From: Leucoraja erinacea
Taxonomy: Eukaryota
Length of the DNA: 64,000 nt
Direction of reading: 5' to 3'
Assembly (NCBI RefSeq): GCF_028641065.1
Contig: NC_073402.1
Coordinates: 26,226,001 to 26,290,000 of the forward strand
Of the stretch, positions 13,201 through 25,600 are shown piece by piece (the first letter of the stretch is position 1; each line of letters begins with the position of its first letter). The notes beneath the pieces are model-generated. The model worked only from the letters and a program-made list of their open reading frames with translations. It did no database searches and had not been told where the DNA came from. The translations under genes and the position numbers were made by a program.

Positions 13201-14949
13201 ACGCAGTTACAGGGGGAACATATAAACTCTGTACCGACAGCACCCATAGTCAGGATCGAACCTGGGTGTCTGTCTGTAAGGCAGACCAGTGCCAGCTGGC
13301 TATTGCAGTCAACTCTACCAAAACTTCTAGCCAGACCAGTGGCTTATTGAGTTTTCAGTCACACAAAAAGGGAGAAACTCAGCGGGTGCAACAGCACACC
13401 AAAACAACGTTTCGGCTAGGCAGTCAATCCTTCGCTCCAGATGCTGCTGCACCCGCTTTTCTCCACTGAGGAACCTTCGACGATGTATTTTAGATTTCAG
13501 ATGCACTTTCATTCAGATGGACATTATACCCAGATATACCCATTGTAAGGAAGAACAGGGGCGTGATGCCACAGTGCTACTATGCCACTGTCAAGCCCTT
13601 GAATAAACCACACACAGCTTGTTTGAGAATCTCACTTTTCACAGGTATAATGACGCACACTCTGCAAATGGGTTTCATTAAAAGTTAAGAACTTACTGAA
13701 CACTTTGTGTCTCGGAAACAAGGGTGGCATCACACATTGACTGGAACTGGGGGCAGAGAACAAACGGGGGCCTTGGGGCTGCAATTGTACTGAGGCAATG
13801 AATCAGCTGTCGGCGTGCATCTTTTGCTCTTACTCACAAAAACATCAATCCGTGGGAGTACGCCTTCAGCGGACAGTCCCAGTTAGCTCACGATTTACCT
13901 CATTTCAGCCCCCGGGGGAAATTAACGGAGGTAAAGACAGAATGCTGATAAGAGTGATAGCCCCTTGCCAAGGAATGAGTTTACTTCGCTATCCCCTGCT
14001 TCTCAATGACTGAGCATTGCTCGAAAAAGATGATTCTCGGTGTGAAGTTGGAGACCACACGTCACAGATCAAAATGTAATAGTCTTCAAATCCTACTCAG
14101 GATACATCTAATGCAAATTCAGCCAAACCTGGTGACTGCAAAATGCCAAAGCCCCATCTAACCAAGCTTCAGTTAATGCCTCTTAAACTCTGCTGATGTC
14201 AACCCCAGCAAGATAAGAGGCAACTATCTTTCTAATCAAACATTGGCATTAAATGTCTACTTTATGCTACAAGATTATCGTCAATGATGAGCTGCAAGAT
14301 AATGTTCATAAGTCAAAGGAGCAGGTGCATTTGATAGATGTTCATTCATAATTCAATCAAAGGCTGATCAGGTCTCTCTCAACCCCATTTGCCCCTTCTC
14401 CCCAGAGTCCAGTCATTCATCAATACCGCCATTCAATACCTAGCTGTCATGGCCATTGTTCGCATATCTTTCTCTATCCATATAACCATATAACAATTCG
14501 CCTGCCCATCTCGGCCCTACATAACAAATCCCCTTGACACCTGCACTACCAATCAAGCAAGTGTTGAACCTGCCTCCACCATCTCCATTCCTTCTCTGCG
14601 TAAAAATCCCCCTCATATTACCCCTAAACTGTCCCTTAATTCTAGTCATGTCCTCTTGTTCGCATCTTATCAACTCTGTCGTTTGCACATCTTTCTAAAG
14701 ACCCCCAAGCTAACAATGGCGCTCATCAGAATGGACCTAACTTATTCAACCATCTCTGTATAGTTGTTGAAACCCAGGCCTCTTAAATCTCCTCTGTACT
14801 CTCTCTATTTTGTGTTTTAATACCAAAATTGTCACTTCTAAAAAACGCCTTATCCCTGTCTTTGCACATCTCCGGCTAACAATGGGCCTTTGATACACCC
14901 ATATAAGAGGTCGACTTTTTTTACTTCTCTTTTTTGGCCTTTGATTGCT

Positions 14950-15160
14950 TTATTTACTTTCTTTTTTTGATTGCTTTATTGCGTGGTTATTATTTTTACT
15001 CATGTTTTATGTCTTTTAATTTATTGTTGTATTTTGCGCTTTATGTGAGCTGTTATGTTGTCTGTTTATGACGTCTTGTTTATTCCACTGTACAGCACTT
15101 TGTTCAACATTGGTTGTCTTAAAGTGCTTAACAAATAAAGTTGGATTGGATTGGATTGGA
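14950..15160 (+). repeat. Probable L2-type LINE 3' tail (second related tail at about 16528-16597)
   Basis: T-rich UTR, then gtacagcactttg..aac..gttgt..aaagtgct..aaataaa and (ttgga)n. Confidence 0.5.
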
Positions 15161-15462
15161 AGGCATCTGTTGCTGGCCCTGTTTTGTTCCGGCCTTCTCC
15201 ATCATTGCGTCTGAAGAAGGGATCCGACCCAAAACATCACCTGTTCCTTTTCTCCAGAGATATTGCCTGACCACCTGAGTTACTCCAGCAATTTGTGTCC
15301 ACCTTTGGTATAAATCAGCATCTGCAGCTCCTTTCTACTCAATTCTGTTAATGTTTCAATTGAGTCAATTTGCAAGGGAGATCATAACAGGCAGTTAAGA
15401 CTAAAACATTCATAATAAACGGGCAGCACAGTAGCACAGCTAGCTGGTAGAGCCACTTGTCT

Positions 15463-15959
15463 TGTCATCTTGTCCGGGAACATTACCATCTGGTTTGGGA
15501 ATTGCTCTGCCAAGGACAAGCAGGCTCTGCAGAGAGTAGTGCGTTCGGCCAAACGCACTATGGGAACTTCACTCGCCCCCCTGCAGGAACTATACAACAG
15601 GAGGTGCAACTCCAGAGCAAATAAAATCATGGGAGACCCCTTCCACCCCTGCAACGGACTGTTCCAGCTGCTACGGTCAGGCAAACGCCTCCGTTGCCAT
15701 GCGGTGAGAACGGAGAGGTTGAGAAGGAGTTTCTTCCCAGAGGCAATTCGGACTGTAAACGCCTATCTCACCAGGGACTAACTCTACTGAATGTTTTTCC
15801 TTCCATTATTTATTATGTAAAAGAATATGTGTGTTATGATTGTGTTTATAATTTGTTTGGTTGTTTTGTTGTTTGTCTTTTGCACAAAAGTCCGCGAGCA
15901 TTGCCACTTTCATTTCACTGCACATCTCGTATGTGTATGTGACAAATAAACTTGACTTG
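15463..15959 (+). mobile_element. Rex1/Babar-type 3' fragment inserted in a SINE head
   Basis: ITIWFGNCS..LQRVVRSA..LLRSGKRLR..SFFPEAIR. (cttga)n tail. TSD acttgtct. Confidence 0.85.
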
Positions 15960-18669
15960 ACTTGTCTCACAGAGCTAGAGACCCGGGTTCAATCCCTACT
16001 TTGGGTGCTGTCTGTGTGGAATTTGCATGTTGTTCCTCTGACTGTGTGGGCTTCCTCCAGGCACTTCCGTTTCTTCACACATCCCAAAGACGTGCGTGTT
16101 AGTAGGTTAACTGGCAGCCGTAAAGTGCCCCCAGTGTGTAGGGAAGTGGATGAAAAATAACTTTAAACTAGCGTGAACGGGTGATTGGTGAGAATCAGTG
16201 GGCCCATGTTGTATAACTCTAAGCACCTAAATCCAAAAGAAAATTCAATTGGATTCTTATTTCTGCAGTGACTGCCTAAAGCAGAGAACTCACTATCAAA
16301 TGGAGGTTTGAGGAGCTATCAAAGAGAAAATACATCCATGATATTCAAGGCAAAACTGGATTGGTAGATGAGGCCAAAAGAAATAGAAGGACATGCTGAG
16401 ATTATATAAATAGGAGTGGATTTAAGCATTAAAACAAGCATGGACTAGTCATGCTAAAATAACCTTTCCACGCTGTAAAGTTTTATGTAATGAAAGTTCT
16501 AGTTTGTGTAAGCCATTGAAGCCACCAAAGCACTTTGGCTAACGAGAGTTGTTTTTTTAAATGTGCTATATAAATAAAAGTGACTTGATTTGAATTCATA
16601 GATCATGTCGCAATCTTTTACCGGAGAGAAGATCAAAGACAGCAGAGTCTGAACCACCCACCCTGTTTCCCACCAAGTCGTATGCCATCCTGACCTGAAA
16701 TATGACAGGGTAGGATGAGGACACAGTCACTGCAGATGCTGGTTTACAAAAAAAAAGACACAATGTGCTGGAGTAACTCAGTGCGTCAGGCAACATCTCT
16801 GGACGTTTCGGGATGGGATCCTTCCTCAGACAGAATGAGGGTCCTGACCCAAATTGTCATCTGTCCATGTTCATGTTTGCCAAAGATGCTGCCTGACCTG
16901 CTGAGTTACTCCTGAACTGTATCGCCCTTCTTTCATCATCGTCACAACTAAATCGTAGAACCTTACAAGGAGGGACTGCAGCTGTTCCAGGTGGGTGTTA
17001 GCCACCATCACCTCTCATATTTGGAGTTGTTTAGTTTATTGTCACGTGTACCGAGGTACAGTGAAAAGCTTTAGCTGCGTGCTAACCAGTCACCAGAAAG
17101 ACAATACATGGCTACAATCAAGTAGTCCACAGTGTACAGATACAGGATAAAGGGAATAAGGTGAATAACGTTTAGTGCAAGACAAAGCCAGTAAAGTCTG
17201 ATCAAAGATAGTCCGAGGGTCTCCAATGAGGTAGATTGTGGTTCAGGTCTGCTGTCTAGTTGTGGTAGGATGGTCCAGTTGTCTGAAACTGTCCCTGAAT
17301 CTGGAGATGTGAGTTTTCACAATTCTATACCTTTTGCCCGATGGGAGAGCAAGTAGGAATGGACAATGAATAGACATTAAATAGTGGAGTAACTCAGCAG
17401 GACAGGCAAAATCTCTGGATCGAAGAGTCACCTGATGAGTTATACCAACATTTTGTGTCAACCCCCATTCCTTCTATCCAAAGATGCTGCCTGTCCTGCC
17501 AAGTTACTCCAACATTTTGTGTCTATCCTTGGTGTAAACCAGCATCTGCAGTTCCTTCATACACACAGACAATGAATGTTGACTTTGTCACCCATGCCCA
17601 GAACAAGAGGGGAAATTGATAAATACTGAGGGGGGCGGGGGAGAAAATCAGTGCCTACAGATCTTATCAGCAGGCATTGTGCCCCACTTCTGGTTTAACA
17701 GAGTGCATTTCAAATGGTCATCCCTGTAGTCTTCACATTGAAGGTGGCAAATATAGCAATGGGATGAGTATCCTGTTGACACTTTAAGCGGCAGCTTTGT
17801 ACCAGTTATCGCGTTAGCAGCGATTCACATTGGCCGTCTATATCACCTGCATCTACATCCAGCATTACACTTCCTTGAGCAAAATAAATATTGATCTTCA
17901 AAACATCTCCAGTTACCATCAGAGGCACTAAAATGCACTTCAAATACTAAGAAATCTGGCTTTCTACTGGATAATCACACCATTATTAAAGTCAATATTT
18001 GAAATTATATGTCATGACACGAGCTCCAGCCACTGAAACACTGAATCAACTTGGCACATAAAAGATAGAACCATCACTGGCATACAAACAGATCCTTTGG
18101 AACTATCATTAGAAACTCCACCTTGAAAGGTTATCTACATCCCCCGAATTACAGCAACTGTTTATTCAGCGGTATATTATGTGAGCTTATTGCATGCGCT
18201 TGCACACATGCACATAGACATTCAGTTTTTCAAACTGCTTCCAAAATCTAAAACATAGACCAGTACACGGGCGGTACGTACGTTTGCGCAGCGGCAGAGT
18301 TGCTGCCTTACAGCGCAAGGGACCTGGGTTCGATCCTGACCACGGGTGCTGCCTGCACAGAGTATGTTTATTCTCACTATGACCTGCGTGGGTTTTCTCC
18401 AGGTGCCCAGGTTTCCTCCCCATGCCAAAAGATGTAAAGGTTTTTAGGTTAATTGGCTTGGTATGGATGTAATTCACCTCGGTAAATTGGAAATTGTCTT
18501 GGCTATATCTGCCGCTAAATCGAATGCAAGAAAGAAACCAAATGTCTCTAACTTTCTATATATGCGAGTAAATAGAATTAACTAAAAGTAAAATTAAGTG
18601 ATCGATGTTCTGGAAAGCAAGGCATAAATTAGTAAGTGAACGAATTTTGAGACTCAAGTCCATAGTGAA

Positions 18670-18982
18670 CTTAGTTTAGTTTAGCGATACAGCACGGAAA
18701 CAGGCCCATTAGCCCACTGAGTCTGCACCGACCAGTGATCCCCGCACACTAATACTATCCTACATACACTAGGGACAATTTACATTTATACCAAGCCAAT
18801 TGCCCTACAAAGTTCTATGTCTTTGGAGTGTGGGAGGAAACCGAAGATCTCGGAGAAAACTCACACAGTTCACAGGGAGAACATACAAACTCGGTACAGA
18901 CAAGCGCCCACAGTCAGGATCAAACCCAGGTCTTTGGCGCTCTAAGGCAGTAGCTCTACCACTACGCCACCATGCTGCCACC
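18670..18982 (-). mobile_element. HE1-like V-SINE
   Basis: Full-length reverse copy. Confidence 0.85.
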
Positions 18983-20222
18983 TGATTAGGAAAAGAGACA
19001 ATGGGAATATAATCCCAAATGTGAGATATTCACATCCGAATAGATCAAAGCTTGGGTCACTTTGGTCACGATTATTTTTAGAAATGACTTGCATGGTCTA
19101 TGTGGCCACGGGCCCAGACTGAGATGGTTTAGCATGATAATGAAGTACAATGGGATCAGTGATGGAAATGAGAGATACCTGCTATAGATTATTCGGGGTT
19201 TTCCAATACACATTGTGAATGAAAGAAAAAGCTATCCACCAGCTAGCTTTCTTGTATAATAAAACAGCCCCTTCAGCCCAACTTGCCCTCGCCAACCAAG
19301 ATGCCCCAGCTACACTAGTCCCACCTGCCCGCGCTTGGTCCATATCCTTCTAAACCTCTCCTATCCATGTACCTATCCAAATGCATTTTAATTTGCTTTA
19401 ACTACCTCCTCTGGCAGTTAGATCCCTTACCACCCACCACTTTCTAGTTGAAAAAATTGCCCCTCACATTCCTATTAAATCTTTCCCATCTCACCTTAAA
19501 CCTCTGACTCTGGTTCTTGATTCCCCTAAACTGGGTAAAAGACTCTGTGCATTTGTCCTATCTATTCCCCTCATGATCTAACACGTCTCCATAAGCACCC
19601 CACCCTCAGGAATAAAGTCCAGCCACCCTAACTTCTCCCCCTAGCTCAATCCCTCAATTTCTGCAACATCCTCGTAATTCCTCTCTGCTCTCTTTCCAGC
19701 TTCGTCTGTGGAATTCTCAGCCTCAGAGGGCAGTGGAGGCAGGTTCTCTGGATGCTTTCAAGAGAGAGCTAGATAGGGCTCTTAAAAATAGCAGAGTCAG
19801 GGGATATGGGGAGAAGGCAGGAACGGGGTACTGATTGGGAATAATCAGTCATGATCACATTGAATGGCGTTGCTGGCTCGAAGGGCCGAATGGCCTACTC
19901 CTGCACCTATTGTTTATTGTCTATTGTCTAATATATATTTTTGGAAATCCATCCCCCTCCACTTACCTTTGTTCATGGTGAAGAAACAGAGTTAGTTACT
20001 GACCACACCCAACAATTCAATGAACTTCCTTGGACAAACAAACCTGCCTGAACTCCCACCCTCATCCCCCCACAGATTAAAACCCAGGTTTGCCATTTAC
20101 CTCAAACTTCAAGAAAGCAAACAAAAATGTAACCATTCTAATAGATGTAGGCTGCACATTTAAATCCCTGGGGCAAATTTCATTCACTACGAGGTGAATT
20201 TTGAATAAAAAGTATCATCACT

Positions 20223-20512
20223 AGGGCAGCACCGTGGTGCAGTGGTCGAGTAGCTGCCTCACAGCACCAGAGACCCGGGTTCGATCCTAACTATGAGTGC
20301 TCTCTGTACAGACTTTGCACGTTCTCCCTGTGACCTGGATGGATTTTCTCAGCATGCTCCGGTTTGCTCCCACACTCCAAAGATTGGAAATTTGTAGGTT
20401 AATTGGCTTCGGTAAAATTGTAAATTGTCACTAGTGTGTGTAGGATCGTGTCAGAGTGTGGGGGTCGCTAGTCAACGCAGTCCTGTTTTCGCGCTGCTTC
20501 TCTAAACTAAAC
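20223..20512 (+). mobile_element. HE1-like V-SINE about 30 nt from the donor of the 146-nt exon
   Basis: A and B boxes, V-domain, ctaaactaaa tail. Confidence 0.85.
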
Positions 20513-20542
20513 TTTACACAAACATTAGAAGATCGCTCTTAC

Positions 20543-20688
20543 CCTCCATCGAAGATCTTAATCCGTGTAGGCTCCAGCCTCTTCGGTGTTGAACTATCAT
20601 CTTCATGCTTCTTTCTTCTTTCTTCTTCTTTTTCTACTTTGCAGACTTCTTTCCCATCATCTGCAGAATGCACTGAAGGGATGTGCAT
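20543..20688 (-). CDS. HIVEP3: HIVEP3 next coding exon (146 nt): MHIPSVHSADDGKEVCKVEKEEERRKKHEDDSSTPKRLEPTRIKIFDG(G)
   Basis: Acceptor tttctag|ATGCAC and donor GAGG|gtaagag. In frame with the previous exon. Ends in the HIVEP motif RIKIF(D/E)GG that precedes the C-terminal finger pair. Confidence 0.92.
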
Positions 20689-21247
20689 CTAGAAATGAGG
20701 ATTTGAAATGTAGAATTAGTGCAGTTATGGGTAACCAGATTACCTAGAGTTACGGAGTCATACACTAAGGAATAGTCATAGTCAGAGTCAGAGTTATACA
20801 ACATGGAAACAGACCCTTTGGCCCAACTTGCCCATGCTGAGCAAGATGCCTTATCTAAACTCATCCTACCTGCTCACACTGCATGACTCTTGCTTGCAAT
20901 GATATGAAGTTTTGGTATATCCCATTTCAAAAGTTCTAGGAGCAGAATTGGGCCATTCGGCCCATCAAGTCTACTCCATCATGGCTGATCTATCTCTCCC
21001 TTCTAAACCCATTCTCCTGCTAACTCCCTGTAAGCCCAGACACCTACCTTTGTAGGATTTTTACATCCTATCTTCACAGTTCCACTACCTTGAACTGTTC
21101 CATTGAGAGGAACACACATAAATGTTCAGTAAATGAAGACATGAACTTAAAGATGGAAGCTCTGAGTTAATAATTCGCCTGATTTTTCATTCTGTCTCAC
21201 TTGCTCATCAAAATCTGTGCACTGCAGCAAATATTTGTTTAACTTAC

Positions 21248-21515
21248 TTTAGTTTAGAGATGCAGCATGGAAATAGGCCCTTCGGCCCCCCGACCAACAA
21301 TCACCCCATCTCTCCTACCCACTCGGGACAATTTACAAAAGCCAATTAGCCTACAAACCTGCACATCTTTGGGATGTGGGAGAAAACCGGAGCACCCGGA
21401 GAAAACCCACGTGGTCACAAGGAGAATGTGCAAAGTCCGTACAGACAAGCAACCGTGGTCAGGATCGAACCTGGATCTCTGGCACAGTGAGGCAGCAACT
21501 CTACCGCTGTGCCAC
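21248..21515 (-). mobile_element. HE1-like V-SINE
   Basis: Reverse copy with V-domain and tail. Confidence 0.85.
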
Positions 21516-22302
21516 AAAGTTATTCAGAATTCAATCAGTGTTATCATCTTCTTTTAAGAAGGTACTCAGATTGACTCAAGTTTGAAAGAATTACAACTCA
21601 GAAAATGAATTGTGCCTCAGCAAACAAAAAGTTGTAGCATTAATGTAATGTGCAGTAATAACAAATGATCTGCTTTGGAGCGGAATGGATTACAGTAGCG
21701 GCTGCCTCCTCCCTGGAGACCGGGAGACGGACTTAAACATCTGTAAATCCATTGCTAAATGTTAGTCAGTTAGTTCGGAGGGCTTTTAAAGTAATTGTAA
21801 GGGAAGCTGAAATTTAGAGGCAGCTCGGTGAGTTACAGGAAACTTAATTTAGGGCGGACTAAGAAAGCAAAAATTTGCCAGCAGCATAAATCAATGAGGA
21901 GTCCCCGCTGGGGCGTCCGGCCGCGGGCCGCGCTGGATTTGGAGCACACCATGGCCACACCCTCTTCTCCCCTCTCCCACCAAGCAAAGGGTACAGAAGT
22001 GTGAAAACGCACACCTCCAGATTCAGGGACAGTTTCTACCCAGCTGCTATCAGGCAACTGAACCATCATCCTACTAAACAACTAGAGAGCAGTCGTGAAC
22101 AACAAACTACATCATTGGCGACTCTCAGATTATCTTTGATCTGGCTTACTGGCTTTATCTTGCACTAAATGTTATTCCCTTATCATTTATCTGTACGTTG
22201 TGAATGGCTCGAGTGTAATCATGTATTGTCTTTCCGCTGACTGGTTAGCATGCAACAAACGCATTTCACTGTACCTCGGTATGCGTGACAATAAACTAAA
22301 AC

Positions 22303-22577
22303 AGAGTTGCTGTGTTATGGTGCCAGAGACCCGGGTTCGATCCTGACTATCAGTACGGAGTTTGTACATTGTCCCGGTGACCTGCGTGGGTTTTCTCCGA
22401 GATCTTTGGTTTCCTCCCACACTTCAAAAACGTACACGCTTTTAGGTTAAGTGGCTTGGTATAAAAATCAAAAAATTGTCCTTAGTGTATGCGTGTGGGG
22501 TTGTTAATGTGCAGGGATCGTAGGTCGGTGCGGACCCAGTCTGGTTCTGCGCTGTTTCTCTAAACCAAACTAAACTG
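22303..22577 (+). mobile_element. HE1-like V-SINE about 50 nt from the donor of the large exon
   Basis: gggttcgatcc B box, V-domain, ctaaaccaaactaaa tail. Confidence 0.85.
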
Positions 22578-22628
22578 AAACTCTGAAAGTGAATTTCTCA
22601 TGTGAGCCAGTCCTTGCTGCTGCCTTAC

Positions 22629-25600
22629 CTCACTAACCCGGAGCTTCCGTGCACTGGATGGGACCAACTTGCCCGTCTGGCGGCGTGGAGCTGTGGCCAT
22701 GGTGTAGATCTCCTTGCCGGACATCTGCTTGGACCTCAGGAGGGCGAGGCTGAGCTTGGTGGACATGCCTGGCAGATTGGGGTTGTGCAGGCTGATGCAC
22801 CAGCTGGCGTAGACGGAGGACCTTGGGTCGGTGTGCTGGCTGGGGTTGGGCTTGGTGTACTTCAGGTAGCACCAGCTGACGTTGGTGGTGGTGTGGAGGC
22901 TGGGGAAGCGATGGGCATCACCTGCGTCCGTGCAGGGAACAGCAGCGGGCTTTGCGGGGCTGGCACTCGACGGTCGGTCTGGTAATGTGCTGGACGGGAG
23001 CGTGTGAAACTCTTGCAAAGGTACTGGAGATCTCTCTTGGATGACCTCCAGATGATCTTCCTTCTTCACTGGTCCGAGGGAAGTTTTACCTCTGAATAAA
23101 TGTCCAGACCAGTGCTCGTGTTTACCAGAAGTCCCAGGTGGCTGCAGGGAGGACGTGAGGGGAGGAGACGAGGTCTGAACAGCCGAGACCTTGGTCTCAG
23201 CTTGGCACCGTCTGGACGGCTGGGGAGAGTGTCTTCTCAAAGCCTCGTCGGTTCTTGCTTCAGCTTTCTCTTCCGATTCTTCCTCTATTTCTTCCTCCTT
23301 CACTCGCTTTTGCTGCTGGGTCTCCATCGTCAGTTCCAAGCTCCCGGCTGGGGACAACATACGTTTGCTCCCACCGATGGTGGACGGGTAGGTCTCGGCT
23401 GCATAGGTACCTTCTGTGGTGGACCCGAGCATGAGGCAACCTGTCCTCTCCGCCATGGGCACGGGCACTCGGAGGTAGGGCGAGGGGAAGAAGTCCCGGT
23501 GGTGGCCGGCGATCATCTGCGCCAAGTCCAGGCCGATACCGTGCACGCCGGCGCTGCAGACCAGGGTGGCCTTGGGTCTGCTGTCCTCCACCCTGCAGAT
23601 GACCACGGTGGTGGAACTATCTGCCGACTGGGTGACCAGCATCTGGGACAGGGTGGTGTACATGGCACTGCCGTAGGTGGGCAAGTGCTCCTGGACCCTG
23701 ACCGGCACCACCAGGGACACCGTGGGCCGCAGGGGCTCAGGGGAATGGGTGATGGTGGGGGGTGGGAAGGAGGGAGAGGGGCTGTACTCCGGCAGTGGGT
23801 GGAAGGGGGGTTTGCGGTCCCTGAATCGCCCTCCGGCCTGCAACTGGAAGGCCAGCTGGGATCGTGCGGGCAGGTAGGTGGGAGGCTGGGCCGGGGTGGG
23901 GGTCAGGGGCAGGAGCGGGGAGGGCCGGGCGGGCAGCTCGGGGGCCACAGGATGGGGCAGGGGGTAGTGGGGGTATGGGAGAGTTGGGGGTGGCGGCTGG
24001 AGAGGGGCCAGCATCCCCTCTGGCGCTGAGAGCAGGGCTGACATCGGGCCTTGCTGCTGCTGGGGCCCGAAGGCCGAGAGGTACCGCGGCGGGTAGTGGG
24101 GCCCCTCCTGGAAGGCCGGGGCGGGGAAGGGGCGATGGGCCTCGCAGTGTGGCGGGGGGTCCCCGGGTGGGCAGGGACGGGGTGCTGGAGGAGGGGGGGA
24201 GCGGTACCTCGCCACCGGGCCTAGCTCGGCCTTGTCTGGCCTGGGCGGGAGCGGTGGCGGAGGGTCGGGCCCGGGGTCTGTGCTCCCGCACAGCGAGGTC
24301 TGGCGAACCAGCAGGCACCTCCGGCGCTCCCAGGCGGGCGAGAGGAGCCTGACGCCGGGCCCGGCCTCCGAGGAGAGGCTGCCGTAGTCGAAGGACTTGC
24401 TGCGGGCCTCGGGGGGCGGCTGGTGGGCGGCCGAGGAAGAGGAGGAGGAGGAGGCCTGCTCCGAGGACGAGCGCCTCATCTCCCTCTGCTGCTGGTAGTG
24501 AGCGGGCACGGTCAGCATGTGTGGGCCCGACGGCCGGACCTGGGCCTCGACGCGGGCCTCGACGCCACCATCCCCCTCCCTCTCGAAGGAGGCCGAGAGG
24601 CTGGAGCCGCGGGACAGGCTGCTCTCCTGGCTGGGGCTGCGGGAGAGCGGCGGGGCCGACTCGAAGCTCGACTCGCCCGACGACTGCGACATGTCGGCCA
24701 GCCGCAGGCGCTTCTTCTTGGGCGGCAGCTTCTCGGTGGGGAACTGCGAGAGGGTCTGGCTCCTCTGCGGCCACTGGAACTCCTCGGGAGGAGGCTTGTC
24801 CGGCTCCTTGGCGGCGGCGGCAGCGGCCGGGCCCTCCTCCTCCTCCTTCTTCTTCTTCTCCTCCACCTTCTCCGGCTCCTCGGTCACCAGGATCTCGGGC
24901 ACCTGGATCTTTCGTTGGCGGACGAGCCGGGCCTGCAGCGGGTGGTGGTGATGATGATGGTGATGGTGGGGCCTTGGTGGTGGTTGCCACGGCCTTCTCT
25001 CCTCGGCCTCGACCACCACCAGGCCGCTATATTCGGCCTCCTGCGAGCTCAAGGCGACCAGGTGCTCGGCGGGATCGAGAGGGGGCGCCGCTTCGAAGGA
25101 TCCGGGCCGGCCCAGCGTGTTGGTGTGTTGGATGACGGAGATCTCCTTCCCCGTCGTGCGTTTGGAGCCATCCGAGGCCGGCGTCGACGATGGCGGCCTC
25201 CCCTCCGCCGCGGTGACCATCGGCCTGATCCTCGTGTCCGCGGCCGCTTCAATTGCCATCAACGGTAAGCCGGGGCTGGGAGCGGGAGGGCCGGGAGCGG
25301 GACCGACACCGACGGCAGACTGGGGCTTCGGGCCTACGCCATAGGGCGGCTCCTCATCGTCGCCCAGACTCTTCTCTTTCCTCCTCTTCCTGGCCGGCGT
25401 CAGCTCCAGCGAGGGCCGCAGCTTGTAGTGGACGATCTGCGGCTGCGGCTGCAGCTCTGGGCCGGGGGGCCTGTGCTCGGCCTGCGGGCCGCCGAGGGCA
25501 GGCAAGGCCGGGGGCTGGGGCTGAGGCCGAGGCCGGGTGCGAGGGGCGTGCAGCTCCGAGCAGTAAAACTTCTTGTGCGTCTCGTAGTTGGTCCGTTTCC

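Noticed and set aside
22560-22628. C-terminal VRQQQ..FSLV of the 1675-aa ORF as the true protein end
   Set aside because: It is read-through past a consensus donor into the intron and SINE tail. HIVEP3 similarity resumes in the exon at 20688.
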